From: Candidatus Hodarchaeaceae archaeon
Lineage (GTDB): Archaea > Hadarchaeota > Hadarchaeia > Hadarchaeales > Hadarchaeaceae
Reading direction: 5' to 3'
NCBI GenBank assembly: GCA_030016755.1
Contig: JASEJC010000001.1
Coordinates: 4,883 to 68,882, forward strand
DNA length: 64,000 nucleotides
The notes beneath the pieces were generated by a model, which saw nothing but the letters and a program-made list of their open reading frames with translations, did no database searches and was not told where the DNA came from. Of this stretch, positions 17,131 through 26,378 are shown one piece after another; positions within the stretch are counted from its first letter, which is position 1; the number at the start of each line of letters is the position of its first letter. Made by a program: the position numbers and the translations under genes.

Positions 17131-17705
17131 TACACCTCCTTTAGATATCGACTTCGCATGAACTCTGACGCTTCGGCGCGGGTGCCAACCCTGATCGCTT
17201 GAGGGGAGCAGTACTTGGCGCACTGAGGGTCGCCGTCGCAGAAGTTACACTTGGTTGCGACGCGGTGCTCCTCGTCGAACCATGCTGCGGCAAGGGGGCA
17301 GGCGTAGATGCAGGAGCGGCAACCGGTGCACTTCATCGGGTTTATTGCCACCCATCCCGTGCGCTCGTCCCTAGTAATTGCGTCCTCCGGGCAGGCGGCA
17401 ACGCACACCGGGTTCTCGCAGTGTAAACAGTTGTTCGCTTCACGCACAAACTTCTGATCGTCGATGAAAACATGAATATGGGATTTCTCCGGGTTGAGGG
17501 TGCCGAAGTTTCTGTGGGCGCACGCGATCTCACAATACCGGCAACCCGTGCACCGTTCCGCATCGTAGATAAGCACGAGCTGCTCCTCCTTAGACTTCTC
17601 CAAGAGGGTCGCCTCTTTTGCCGAAAGGGGGCTGATGCGCTTAAGGCTTTCGTTTCTTGCCACCCAAGCTGCGTTCGAAAATTTCCTCGCCCGGTTTCCA
17701 CCCAA
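17130..17705 (-). CDS. Poly-ferredoxin of the HycB/DmsB type (four Cys clusters)
   Basis: CTGCRYCEIAC, CLHCENPVCVAACP, CTGCRSCIYACP and CNFCDGDPQCAKYC. The start is uncertain because the ORF overlaps the 3' end of the upstream gene by about 65 nt. Confidence 0.8.
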   Translation of the reverse strand: MGGNRARKFSNAAWVARNESLKRISPLSAKEATLLEKSKEEQLVLIYDAERCTGCRYCEIACAHRNFGTLNPEKSHIHVFIDDQKFVREANNCLHCENPVCVAACPEDAITRDERTGWVAINPMKCTGCRSCIYACPLAAAWFDEEHRVATKCNFCDGDPQCAKYCSPQAIRVGTRAEASEFMRSRYLKEV

Positions 17706-18612
17706 AACGCTCCTGAATCACGGTGTAGGCGGCAGATGGGGGGATGATGCCCTGTTCGGTTATTATAAGGTCTATGTACTCGGCGGGGGTGACATCAAAT
17801 GCGGGGTTTCTAATCTTCAGCCCCGGGAACCGCTTTGGGTTCACCACCTCGCTTGGGTCGCGCTCCTCTATCTCCACCAGCTGTCCTACTAGGGTCCCTG
17901 GGTGAAATTTGTATGTCTCCGCCGCCACGAAGAATGGCACCCTAGCCTCGTGCGCGGTCATGGCTATCTGGGCGGTCCCTATCTTGTTCACGACCGCCCC
18001 ATTTGCCGCGATGCTGTCTGCCCCGACCACCACTTTGCTGACATCGCGGATGAAATAGCGCACCGCAGAGTCGATTATGAGCGTGGTGGGTATGCCGGCT
18101 TTGAGGAGTTCTTTAACGCTAATCAGGCCTTGCCAAGCTGGGCGCGACTCGGTGACAAATACCTTGATATCTTTTCCCTGCTTGAAGGCCGTTTCGATGA
18201 CGGACAGGGCACATTGGCTGTTGCAGTGGGTCAGCAAAGTGTCGCCATCTGAAATCCTGTTCGCCCCTATCTCACCGATGCGTCTAACTGCCTCATTTGA
18301 GCTCTTAATGAATTCGTCGGCGCGAGAGATCACAACTTTTCGAAGCATGGCAAGGTCAGTACCGCGTGCCTGCTCAAGGCTCAAGTTAACGTAACGGATT
18401 GCATTTGGTAGGGAAACCGCGGTCGGTCGTGTGCTGAGCAAGAGCCTCGATACGCGGTTTATCTCCCTAGTGAACTCAGCTGCCGTTTTAGCCCTAGTAT
18501 CTTTCGCTGTGATTTTCAAGGCTCGCGCGGCCGCCCTCGCTATATTGCCCGCACCCCTGATACGCATCGACTTGATATCACGAGCTATTCGCTTTACCTC
18601 GGCTACTGCCAT
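17641..18612 (-). CDS. eIF-2B alpha/beta/delta-family protein (ribose-1,5-bisphosphate isomerase-like)
   Basis: IRGAGNIARAAA, GADSIAANGAVVNKIGT and FFVAAETYKF. About 323 aa counting from MAVAEVKR. Confidence 0.8.
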   Translation of the reverse strand: MAVAEVKRIARDIKSMRIRGAGNIARAAARALKITAKDTRAKTAAEFTREINRVSRLLLSTRPTAVSLPNAIRYVNLSLEQARGTDLAMLRKVVISRADEFIKSSNEAVRRIGEIGANRISDGDTLLTHCNSQCALSVIETAFKQGKDIKVFVTESRPAWQGLISVKELLKAGIPTTLIIDSAVRYFIRDVSKVVVGADSIAANGAVVNKIGTAQIAMTAHEARVPFFVAAETYKFHPGTLVGQLVEIEERDPSEVVNPKRFPGLKIRNPAFDVTPAEYIDLIITEQGIIPPSAAYTVIQERFGWKPGEEIFERSLGGKKRKP

Positions 18613-18663
18613 AAATTCCACCAATCTTTATACTCGTCCTCCAGATTAAAACAATTGGAACGT

Positions 18664-18894
18664 TCACTTTCGAATGCGGCGGCGGAGCTCGTTGAGGAAT
18701 ATCTGCGCATCTGTTTTCCTTGTCACATCCGCCCGCCCGGAGATTGTTCGCCTCACATTCTCGATGAATACGTCAACACTTTCACTGTTCTTGAGTTCAC
18801 TCTCGATCAATTCCTTTAGTTCCTGCGGGTAAACGATGTAGGGCGAAACCGACGAAAGCGAGTCCCTTATAAGCCTCGCATCATCTTCGCGCAT
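18664..18894 (-). CDS. Small hypothetical protein
   Basis: 76-aa ORF in operon-like position after the Lrp gene. No recognisable motif. Confidence 0.4.
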   Translation of the reverse strand: MREDDARLIRDSLSSVSPYIVYPQELKELIESELKNSESVDVFIENVRRTISGRADVTRKTDAQIFLNELRRRIRK

Positions 18895-18902
18895 CTCGGC
18901 AC

Positions 18903-19343
18903 CTAGAGATTGACGATGGTTTCTTTGAGCGTTTCCATCGCCAGAGTAGTCCTAACGCTCTTTACCGAGTCAAAGGACTGGATGTGATCATCGACAAACT
19001 TGTTCAGGCTGTCCATGTCCCGAGCACGGATCTTCATCATCAAGCTGTGGCCCCCCGTGGTACGGTGGAGCTCGCAGACCTCATGGCGGCGGGCGAGGGA
19101 GCGAGTCAGCTCCCGCATGGCCTGAGAGTCCACATCCACGCTGACAAATGCCACCACCCCGTACCCATACTTCTTGGGGTCTATGACCGCAGAATAACCC
19201 TTGATCAGGCCAGACCGCTCAAGCTGCTTGATCCGCCGCCTTACCCCGGAGGTGCTCAGACCGACCTCACGTCCCATCCTGCGCAGCGGAACATGTGCAT
19301 CGTCGCTCAGCATCTTCAAAAGTTTCAGGTCAACGCTGTCCAA
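18903..19343 (-). CDS. Lrp/AsnC-family transcriptional regulator
   Basis: DLKLLKMLSDDAHVPLRRMGREVGLSTSGVRRRIKQLERSGLIKGY plus a C-terminal RAM-like domain. Confidence 0.85.
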   Translation of the reverse strand: MDSVDLKLLKMLSDDAHVPLRRMGREVGLSTSGVRRRIKQLERSGLIKGYSAVIDPKKYGYGVVAFVSVDVDSQAMRELTRSLARRHEVCELHRTTGGHSLMMKIRARDMDSLNKFVDDHIQSFDSVKSVRTTLAMETLKETIVNL

Positions 19344-19427
19344 GCTTCATCCCCCGGCCCAACTCGGATTAGTAGTGTGGAGGTTTCACTTATTTATTTT
19401 TTGTGTGGCGAATTTTGTACATTAGAG

Positions 19428-20921
19428 TTAGATTATTTTCAATTTTTTCACAACCGAGGCACACGCGTTTACCAATGAGTTGCCCCACCGCGGCTTATCG
19501 TTAAACAACAAGACCTGCTCATAGCGTTCGCCGTGCTGCTTCAGAAAGCTGGAAAGGGACTCGGCAACTGCCCTAATCTGCTCAGGGTCCAGTTCTCTCG
19601 GCACCTGCAGCTGTCCAAGGGGGTAGACTTCCTCCAGCTCTTCCGGGACAACCCCAAAGGGGGGCACCAGCTTCACTAGGTGGGTCTTCTCAGGCTCCGG
19701 CAGCTCGGGGCGTTCCCCCTCAAACGCAGGCATGATTGCCAAGATAGGCAGTGGCGGTGGTTCATACCGCTCCTCAAGCCTACGCATATGGCGCAGGACC
19801 TCCGGGCGGCCGGCCGACTCCTCACCTGAGTAGAAAAAGGCGGATGTTTTTGTCACCGGATCGAAGCGCTCGATGAAGTCCCTGTAGCTCATGAGCCTCC
19901 TAAAGCCATCCAGCAGCCGAGGATGGGCCCGGCACCTGAGCTGGACATGTTGCCACAACCTCCCCTCAACAATCGCCTGCCGGATACGCCGAAGTTCCCC
20001 AAAGGTCACGTGAAGGTTATGCCTGGCCAAGAGCTTGACCTGCTCGTCCTCTGGTGCATCATACAACTTTTCCGGAGAACCCCCAGCGCAAACCGGACAC
20101 TCGCAGGGCAGGTACGAGAGTTCCTCAAGCTTAAGTGTTCCCTCCGAGGTGAGGTATCTCCCGTCCCGCGCGTATAGCACGTAAGCAGCGGAGTCGAAGA
20201 GATCGCACCCCATCGCCACCGCCAGCGCGAACATCATTGGGTGTCCAGCGCCGAAGAGGTGGGCGGGGCGCTGGGGTGGCAGGTTCTGCTTAGCCGCCAT
20301 CACCAGATCAACCAGCTCGGCGAACCGGTAGCCCTCCAACAACTCGACGGGACTGCCTATGGCATGCAGCTGGTAGTCGAGCTTTCCAACCTCGCGCGCG
20401 GACTCCGCCACCAAATCGCTGAAAAGCCCCCCTTGGACGGGGCCGCACCACATGACCTTTGGGTTGGAGCGGAGTTTGACTGCCTGCCGGGCACGCTCGA
20501 GCGTCACTTGAACGGTCTCCGCTGCCCGCTCCCTAGTGGTTTGGACGCCGGTCGGGATATCAAGTATCGTGGCGATGTCGGGGGCGATGGCGTCTTGATA
20601 TCGCACGATCTCCTCGGGCGAAACCTCCACGCCGCCGTAGCGGAGGATCTGGTACCCGCCAGAATCCGTGAAAATAGGTCCGTTGTAATCCAGTATCCCG
20701 TGAATTTTTCGCTTCTCAGCCTCCTCGCCGAAGCTGCGCAGGGTCAGATAGGCGTTCGTCATCATCAGCTCGGCACCGAACTCCCGCCTCATCTGCCTTG
20801 GTGATAGCAGAATGTCCGATGGGGCTATCACAGGCATGAGCGTCGGCGTGGTCACATCGCCGTGTGCGGTGGTAAGCTTGCCCACTCGACCCAAGCCGTC
20901 TCGGTGTAGAACCTCGAAGAT
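19428..20921 (-). CDS. tgtA: tRNA-guanine(15) transglycosylase (archaeosine TGT); short form without an evident PUA domain
   Basis: FEVLHRDGLGRVGKL...TPTLMPV, FTDSGGYQ and zinc motif CECPVC. The track ORF starts at TTG 20894. The conserved N-terminus extends in frame to ATC 20921 (see findings). Confidence 0.85.
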   Translation of the reverse strand: MFEVLHRDGLGRVGKLTTAHGDVTTPTLMPVIAPSDILLSPRQMRREFGAELMMTNAYLTLRSFGEEAEKRKIHGILDYNGPIFTDSGGYQILRYGGVEVSPEEIVRYQDAIAPDIATILDIPTGVQTTRERAAETVQVTLERARQAVKLRSNPKVMWCGPVQGGLFSDLVAESAREVGKLDYQLHAIGSPVELLEGYRFAELVDLVMAAKQNLPPQRPAHLFGAGHPMMFALAVAMGCDLFDSAAYVLYARDGRYLTSEGTLKLEELSYLPCECPVCAGGSPEKLYDAPEDEQVKLLARHNLHVTFGELRRIRQAIVEGRLWQHVQLRCRAHPRLLDGFRRLMSYRDFIERFDPVTKTSAFFYSGEESAGRPEVLRHMRRLEERYEPPPLPILAIMPAFEGERPELPEPEKTHLVKLVPPFGVVPEELEEVYPLGQLQVPRELDPEQIRAVAESLSSFLKQHGERYEQVLLFNDKPRWGNSLVNACASVVKKLKII

Positions 20922-20982
20922 GGAATCACCATATCAGACTGCATGAGAAACAACAAAAAGTTTTATTGCCAATGGAGGGGGG

Positions 20983-22194
20983 CTAGCAGACCGGGAACTT
21001 GCCTTCCGCAAGCTCCTTACAGAACTCATCGATGTGCTCGAGTTCGGAATCCATTGTTTTTCCTATTTGCCATCGAATGCTCCCTATATCTACTCCTGGT
21101 TTTGTGATGACTCGGGCGGTGGCTATTGCTGGTTCATCGATTGGTTTGCCTATTTGGCTCACGAGCCAGACGTAGACCTCGCTCAGGCCCGGAACTTGGG
21201 TATAAATTTCGTTCGCGATCTTGTGGGCCAGGATATTGTATATCTTGCCGACATGGCTCACTGGGTTCTTTCCAGCCGCAGCCTCCGACCCCGTATGGCG
21301 ATTGAGCGGGATGACCCCGTTTGGCCTGTTGCCCCTGCCGACCTGCCCGGAGTCCGCACCGTCCGCACTCGTCCCGAGCACCGTGAGGTAAACCCCACCA
21401 ACCCCGCGCCCCCTTGCGTCAAGCGTGTTTAATTTTAGGTCGACCTTTTTGAAATCGGAGTTTTTGACCACAAACGCGCGCAGTTGGTCGAGGATCTCCT
21501 CCTTTTTCCTAAAGTAATCGTCCTCGCTCTCTACGTGCCTGTCTACAAAAGCCATCCCCACCGTTAGGGAAAGCTCGTTGTTGACCCTGAACCCCATTAC
21601 CTTCACATCCTCACCCGTCGCGGGGAACTCCTTTTTGAACTTGCTCGAGTTGAGGAACTGCTCGGTCTTCAACACGAGCCGCTCGGTCGGAGTCATTGGG
21701 GCATAGCCGACCGCAGCTGAGGTGTCGTTCGCGCTGAGGACCTTGCCCTTGCGCCTGAAGATGTCCGTCAGAGCCGCTGAGCCTGGCTTGAGTTCGACCT
21801 GATATCGCATATGTTTCTCAGGGTCAACAAACCTCAGGTTTTTCCTGATCCAGTCCTTCGCCGCGCGTATCGCTATCTCCTTAACTGGAATCCTTACCCC
21901 TTCTACCTCCTCAGTGGCCCGGTCGCCGAATATCAGTAGCATTGGTTGCTTGACCTCTCCCCCGCCAAATCGTGTTTCCACCTCTCCTGCCACAAGTAAC
22001 GACTTGTCAGCGTTGTGATGCATGATGGTGCCAAATTTTTTTATGTACTCTTTACTCAACTCAACCGAAACCCGATCTAGAATCGCATCGCATATCGAAT
22101 CGGGATGACCCAAACCCTTCCGCTCTACCACCTCAAGCTTCTGCTCTTCCAATGGGGTCTGCTTGAACTCCTCAACCATGATGTTTCGCACCAA
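20983..22194 (-). CDS. mat: Archaeal-type S-adenosylmethionine synthetase
   Basis: 403 aa. VERKGLGHPDSICDAI and overall similarity to the archaeal MAT family rather than bacterial MetK. Confidence 0.92.
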   Translation of the reverse strand: MVRNIMVEEFKQTPLEEQKLEVVERKGLGHPDSICDAILDRVSVELSKEYIKKFGTIMHHNADKSLLVAGEVETRFGGGEVKQPMLLIFGDRATEEVEGVRIPVKEIAIRAAKDWIRKNLRFVDPEKHMRYQVELKPGSAALTDIFRRKGKVLSANDTSAAVGYAPMTPTERLVLKTEQFLNSSKFKKEFPATGEDVKVMGFRVNNELSLTVGMAFVDRHVESEDDYFRKKEEILDQLRAFVVKNSDFKKVDLKLNTLDARGRGVGGVYLTVLGTSADGADSGQVGRGNRPNGVIPLNRHTGSEAAAGKNPVSHVGKIYNILAHKIANEIYTQVPGLSEVYVWLVSQIGKPIDEPAIATARVITKPGVDIGSIRWQIGKTMDSELEHIDEFCKELAEGKFPVC

Positions 22195-22277
22195 GTTAAC
22201 GCCTCGTGGATTTTGGTCGGCGAATGAGATATTTATAGGTTTGGATGGAAATATAACTCACAGGAATTGGTGGTTTC

Positions 22278-22853
22278 TTGGTGATTTTCAAACCATCTGA
22301 GGTTAAAGTGATGCGAGTGCGGCTGGGGCTCACTCAAGCCAAGCTGGCCGAGCTAGCCGGGGTGACCCAAGCATACATTGCAAAGATTGAAGCGGGCGAA
22401 GCTGATCCACGAGTCTCTACCCTCGAGAAAATCTCCAAGGCGCTCGAGCAGGTTGGCGCCGGAGAACAACACATATCAGTTGGCCAAATAATGTCTTCCC
22501 CAATCATCTCTGTAAGACCAACTGACAGGATAGAGCGGGCCGTTCGGCTGATGAAGTCCCACGATATCTCACAGCTCCCCGTGTTAGACGGTGATGTCCC
22601 AGTGGGATCTGTATCTGAAACAACAGTTGTCCGCAAAATCGCCTCCGGTGAGAACATGAGCAAGCTACTGAAGCGCAGCGTCAGTGAGATAATGGACGGC
22701 CCTCTTCCAACCGTGAGCAAGGATTCCGATGTCGATGTCGCTTACCACCTGCTCGAATACGAACCGGCCGTGGTCGTGCTGGAGCGTGGAAAAGCGGTCG
22801 GCATCGTGGCCAAGGCGGACGTGTTCAAGCTCACCGGCAAGCCCAAGACCTAA
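22278..22853 (+). CDS. XRE-type HTH regulator fused to a CBS-domain pair
   Basis: LGLTQAKLAELAGVTQAYIAKIEAGE, followed by two CBS repeats (ISQLPVLD..., VVVLERGKAVGIV). Confidence 0.75.
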   Translation: MVIFKPSEVKVMRVRLGLTQAKLAELAGVTQAYIAKIEAGEADPRVSTLEKISKALEQVGAGEQHISVGQIMSSPIISVRPTDRIERAVRLMKSHDISQLPVLDGDVPVGSVSETTVVRKIASGENMSKLLKRSVSEIMDGPLPTVSKDSDVDVAYHLLEYEPAVVVLERGKAVGIVAKADVFKLTGKPKT

Positions 22854-22899
22854 CTTCAATGTTTTTTATTACAGGACCCAGAATGATAATGCTGGTGTT

Positions 22900-23613
22900 A
22901 TGGCAGAGGTACGGGAAAGGATCGCCAAGTGGATCGCAGGCGACATTGCCCTGTCCGACGACCCTGGGGCGGCCTTCAGGCGCTGGCGGGAAAGGTTCGG
23001 GCTCAATCAGACCGCCTTGGCCAAGGTTATGCGCGTCTCTCCTTCGGTCATCAGTGACTACGAGTCCGGCAGGAGGAAATCCCCTGGGGCCGCCACAATC
23101 AAGCGCGTGGTGGAGGCGTTTCTCAGCGCGGACGAGAAGGGGGGAGGAGCTGTTTCTAGGACTTTCTCGCAGGTGTTCGGCAGCCAGCTGCCGCCTGACG
23201 TGGTGCTTGAAATCAGAGAATTCGGCGAGCCGGTGGATGGAAAGACCATCTGCAAAGCTGTTGGGGGAACGGTCGTGGCGAACAAGGAGCTGCTCGATCA
23301 GAAACTCTTCGGGTACACCGTCATAGACAGCTACAAGGCTGTTCTCGGGCTTTCGAGCGACGATTTCCGGCGTCTGTATGGGTTGACCACCGAACGGGCG
23401 CTTGTTTTCACCGGCGTCACCACCGGGCGCTCCCCCATGGTGGCTGTGAAGGTCATCGGGATAACCCCTGGTATGGTAGTTTTACATGGGGAGCTCGGGG
23501 AAGCCGACGCGTTGGGCGTGAAAATAGCCGAGCTTCTCAAGGTGCCGCTTGTCGTCTCGAAGCTACCTTCTGTGGCTGGGTTGCTTGAGGGCCTCCGAAA
23601 GTGCGCTCGTTGA
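22900..23613 (+). CDS. XRE-type HTH regulator with a conserved archaeal C-terminal domain (COG1395-like, from memory)
   Basis: FGLNQTALAKVMRVSPSVISDYESGRR. The start was set at ATG 22900 (MAEVRERI); the upstream part of the track ORF overlaps the previous gene. Confidence 0.7.
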   Translation: MAEVRERIAKWIAGDIALSDDPGAAFRRWRERFGLNQTALAKVMRVSPSVISDYESGRRKSPGAATIKRVVEAFLSADEKGGGAVSRTFSQVFGSQLPPDVVLEIREFGEPVDGKTICKAVGGTVVANKELLDQKLFGYTVIDSYKAVLGLSSDDFRRLYGLTTERALVFTGVTTGRSPMVAVKVIGITPGMVVLHGELGEADALGVKIAELLKVPLVVSKLPSVAGLLEGLRKCAR

Positions 23614-23649
23614 CAAAAGATTTCTGACCCTGTTTTTAGTCTTACGTCA

Positions 23650-23673
23650 ATTGTCGATATATTTCCCGACAAT
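23650..23673. promoter_or_regulatory. Perfect palindrome ATTGTCG-N10-CGACAAT overlapping a TATA-like element upstream of the mevalonate operon
   Basis: 7-bp arms with spacer ATATATTTCC, about 75 nt upstream of the HMG-CoA synthase ATG and directly downstream of an HTH regulator gene. Confidence 0.4.
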
Positions 23674-23747
23674 CAAAAGGTTTTTATCGCCCTCTCTCAG
23701 CATAAACATAAAAATTGGTTGGGCTAAGACAAAAGGTGACTAAACCA

Positions 23748-24794
23748 ATGGATGTAGGTATAGTCGGTTACGGTGTTTACATCCCGCGGTACCGCATCCG
23801 AGTCGAAGAGATCGCCAAAGTCTGGGGGGATGACCCAGAACGCATTAAACATGGGCTGCTGGTTGAAGAGAAATCAGTCCCCGGCCCAGATGAAGACACT
23901 GCAACAATAGCTGTCGAAGCCGCGCGGAACGCTGTAAAACGGGCGGGGATCAACCCCCAGGAGATCGGTGCGATTTACGTTGGCTCGGAGTCCCATCCGT
24001 ATGCGGTCAAACCTACCGCCACCATAGTAGCGGAAGCCATCGATGCCACTCCTCATCTTACTGCTGCAGACTACGAGTTCGCTTGCAAGGCGGGGACCGC
24101 TGGAATCCAGACTTGTATGGGGGCGGTCGAGGCTGGGATGATAAAGTATGGGATGGCCATAGGCGCCGATACTGCCCAAGGGGCCCCCGGCGACCCGCTC
24201 GAATACACGGCTGCTGCAGGTGGCGGTGCTTTCATCATTGGCAAAAACGGAGGCAAGACCATAGCAACAATCGAGGGGACCTACTCTTACACGACCGACA
24301 CCCCTGACTTCTGGCGCCGCGATATGAGACCTTACCCTAAGCACGGGGGAAGGTTCACTGGTAAACCTGCCTACTTCAAACATGTGCTGTCCGCCGCCCA
24401 CGGCCTTCTCCGCGAACTCGAGCTCACCCCCCAAGACTTCGCATACGCTGTCTTCCACCAACCAAACGGGAAGTTCCCGCTCCAAGTTGCTGAGGAACTT
24501 GGCTTCTCGAATGAACAAGTGATGCCTGGCCTGCTTACACCTAAAGTGGGAAACACCTACTCTGGGTCATCCATGATTGGTCTCGCCGCCGCCCTTGATC
24601 AAGCCAAGCCGGGAGATCGCATCTTGGTCGTTTCCTATGGTTCGGGCGCGGGAAGCGATGCCTTCAGCATTGTGGCGCGTGATGCTATAGAAGCGAAACG
24701 CGATGCCGCCAAAACTGTAGCCGAATACATAAATAATAAGGCATACATCGACTACTCAACTTACGCCAAGTTCAAGAGGATGTTGGTGAGATAG
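23748..24794 (+). CDS. Hydroxymethylglutaryl-CoA synthase (archaeal type)
   Basis: [17 protein letters not shown] and catalytic Cys context YEFACKAGT. It sits first in the conserved HMGCS-thiolase-DUF35 order. Confidence 0.9.
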   Translation: MDVGIVGYGVYIPRYRIRVEEIAKVWGDDPERIKHGLLVEEKSVPGPDEDTATIAVEAARNAVKRAGINPQEIGAIYVGSESHPYAVKPTATIVAEAIDATPHLTAADYEFACKAGTAGIQTCMGAVEAGMIKYGMAIGADTAQGAPGDPLEYTAAAGGGAFIIGKNGGKTIATIEGTYSYTTDTPDFWRRDMRPYPKHGGRFTGKPAYFKHVLSAAHGLLRELELTPQDFAYAVFHQPNGKFPLQVAEELGFSNEQVMPGLLTPKVGNTYSGSSMIGLAAALDQAKPGDRILVVSYGSGAGSDAFSIVARDAIEAKRDAAKTVAEYINNKAYIDYSTYAKFKRMLVR

Positions 24795-25958
24795 ATGCGT
24801 GACGTAGCCGTTATTGGGGTCGGGATCACCAAGTTCGGCGAGCTCTGGGATGTCTCCTTCAGGGAGATGATTATAGAGGCCGGAGCCCGAGCGATTGAGG
24901 ACGCAAAAATCGATGGCAAACAGCTTGACGCGATGTATGTTGGAAACATGTCCTCAGGGCAGTTTATCCGTCAAGAGCACACTGGTGCCCTCATAGCCGA
25001 CCATGCTGGGCTTGTGCCCATCCCTTCAACACGTGTCGAGGGTGCGTGCGCATCCGGTGGCCTCGCACTCCGCCAAGCAGTGATTACCGTCGCCTCAGGG
25101 ATCCACGATTTCGTCGTCGCGGCTGGTATAGAGAAAATGACCGATGTGTTGTCTGGGGTAGCAATGGGGGCCCTTGCAACCGCTGCCGATCAAGAATGGG
25201 AGGTGTACGTGGGGGCGACTTTTCCCGGGCTCTACGCGCTGATGGCACGTCGGCATATGTACGAGTTCGGGACGACTGAAGAACAGATGGCGATGGTCGC
25301 TGTAAAAAATCACCAAAATGCCTGTTTCAACCCGTGCGCCCAGTACCACATGAAGGTCACAGTCGACGCCGTGCTCAACTCGCCGCCGGTCACCCTGCCC
25401 CTAAAGCTTCTCGACTGCTCGCCGATCACCGACGGCGCGGCCTGTGTGATTCTCGCCCCTGCGGAAAAAGCGCGGAAATTTAATGATACCCCCATTTTGA
25501 TCACCGGCACCGGACAGGCAAGCGATAGCATTTCCCTGCACAGCCGCCCGTCACTCACCAGCCTGAGGGCAACAACAGAAGCGGCAAAGGCTGCGTACAA
25601 GATGGCTGGCGTGGGGCCGGATGATATAGACTTGGCCGAGGTCCATGACTGCTTCACCATAGCTGAGCTCATGGCGATCGAGGACTTGGGGTTCTGTAAA
25701 AAAGGTGAGGGGGGGAAAGTGACGCAGGAAGGCGAGACTGCAATCGGTGGCAGAATTCCAATCAACACCAGCGGTGGACTGAAAGGGAAAGGACATCCCG
25801 TGGGTGCCACCGGTATCGCTCAAGCGGTGGAGATCGTGCAGCAGCTCCGCGGCGAGGCTGGAAAGAGGCAGGTCGACGGTGCGGAAATTGGGTTGGCGCA
25901 CAACGTTGGTGGCTCAGGGGGCACCGCTGTCGTGCATGTATTCAAGAGAGGTGATTAA
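24795..25958 (+). CDS. Acetyl-CoA acetyltransferase (archaeal thiolase)
   Basis: VEGACASGG (active-site Cys), C-terminal GHPVGATG and NVGGSGG. The start abuts the HMGCS stop. Confidence 0.9.
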   Translation: MRDVAVIGVGITKFGELWDVSFREMIIEAGARAIEDAKIDGKQLDAMYVGNMSSGQFIRQEHTGALIADHAGLVPIPSTRVEGACASGGLALRQAVITVASGIHDFVVAAGIEKMTDVLSGVAMGALATAADQEWEVYVGATFPGLYALMARRHMYEFGTTEEQMAMVAVKNHQNACFNPCAQYHMKVTVDAVLNSPPVTLPLKLLDCSPITDGAACVILAPAEKARKFNDTPILITGTGQASDSISLHSRPSLTSLRATTEAAKAAYKMAGVGPDDIDLAEVHDCFTIAELMAIEDLGFCKKGEGGKVTQEGETAIGGRIPINTSGGLKGKGHPVGATGIAQAVEIVQQLRGEAGKRQVDGAEIGLAHNVGGSGGTAVVHVFKRGD

Positions 25959-26357
25959 GTGGCCGTCCCACGTTTCTGGCGCGAAATCCCCAGTAGGTAC
26001 AACCTAATTGGCAGCCGTTGCGGAAACTGCAACAAGGTCATGTTTCCTCCCCGGCATATATGCCCTCACTGCAGGCGAATAGGGAAGCTGGAGCCTTATA
26101 AGCTGAAGCCGCGTGGCAAGGTAGTCTCCTACGCCATCACTCATGTGGCTGCGAATGGGTTTGAGGACCAAGTGCCATACGTGCTCGCCATAGTGGAGCT
26201 CGAGGATGGGCCACGCCTTACGACCCAGATCACAGACTGCGACCCGGCAGAGGTCAAAATAGGTGACGAGGTCGAAATCGTTTTCAGGCGAATGGGTGAG
26301 GAAGGCGAGGACGGAGTTCTATACTATGGCTACAAAGGGAAATTGGTTAAACCTTGA
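25959..26357 (+). CDS. DUF35 Zn-ribbon/OB-fold protein (scaffold of the thiolase/HMGCS complex)
   Basis: CGNCNKVMFPPRHICPHC zinc ribbon followed by an OB fold. GTG start abuts the thiolase stop. Confidence 0.85.
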   Translation: MAVPRFWREIPSRYNLIGSRCGNCNKVMFPPRHICPHCRRIGKLEPYKLKPRGKVVSYAITHVAANGFEDQVPYVLAIVELEDGPRLTTQITDCDPAEVKIGDEVEIVFRRMGEEGEDGVLYYGYKGKLVKP

Positions 26358-26378
26358 TCTCAAAATCAGCTTTAAAAC

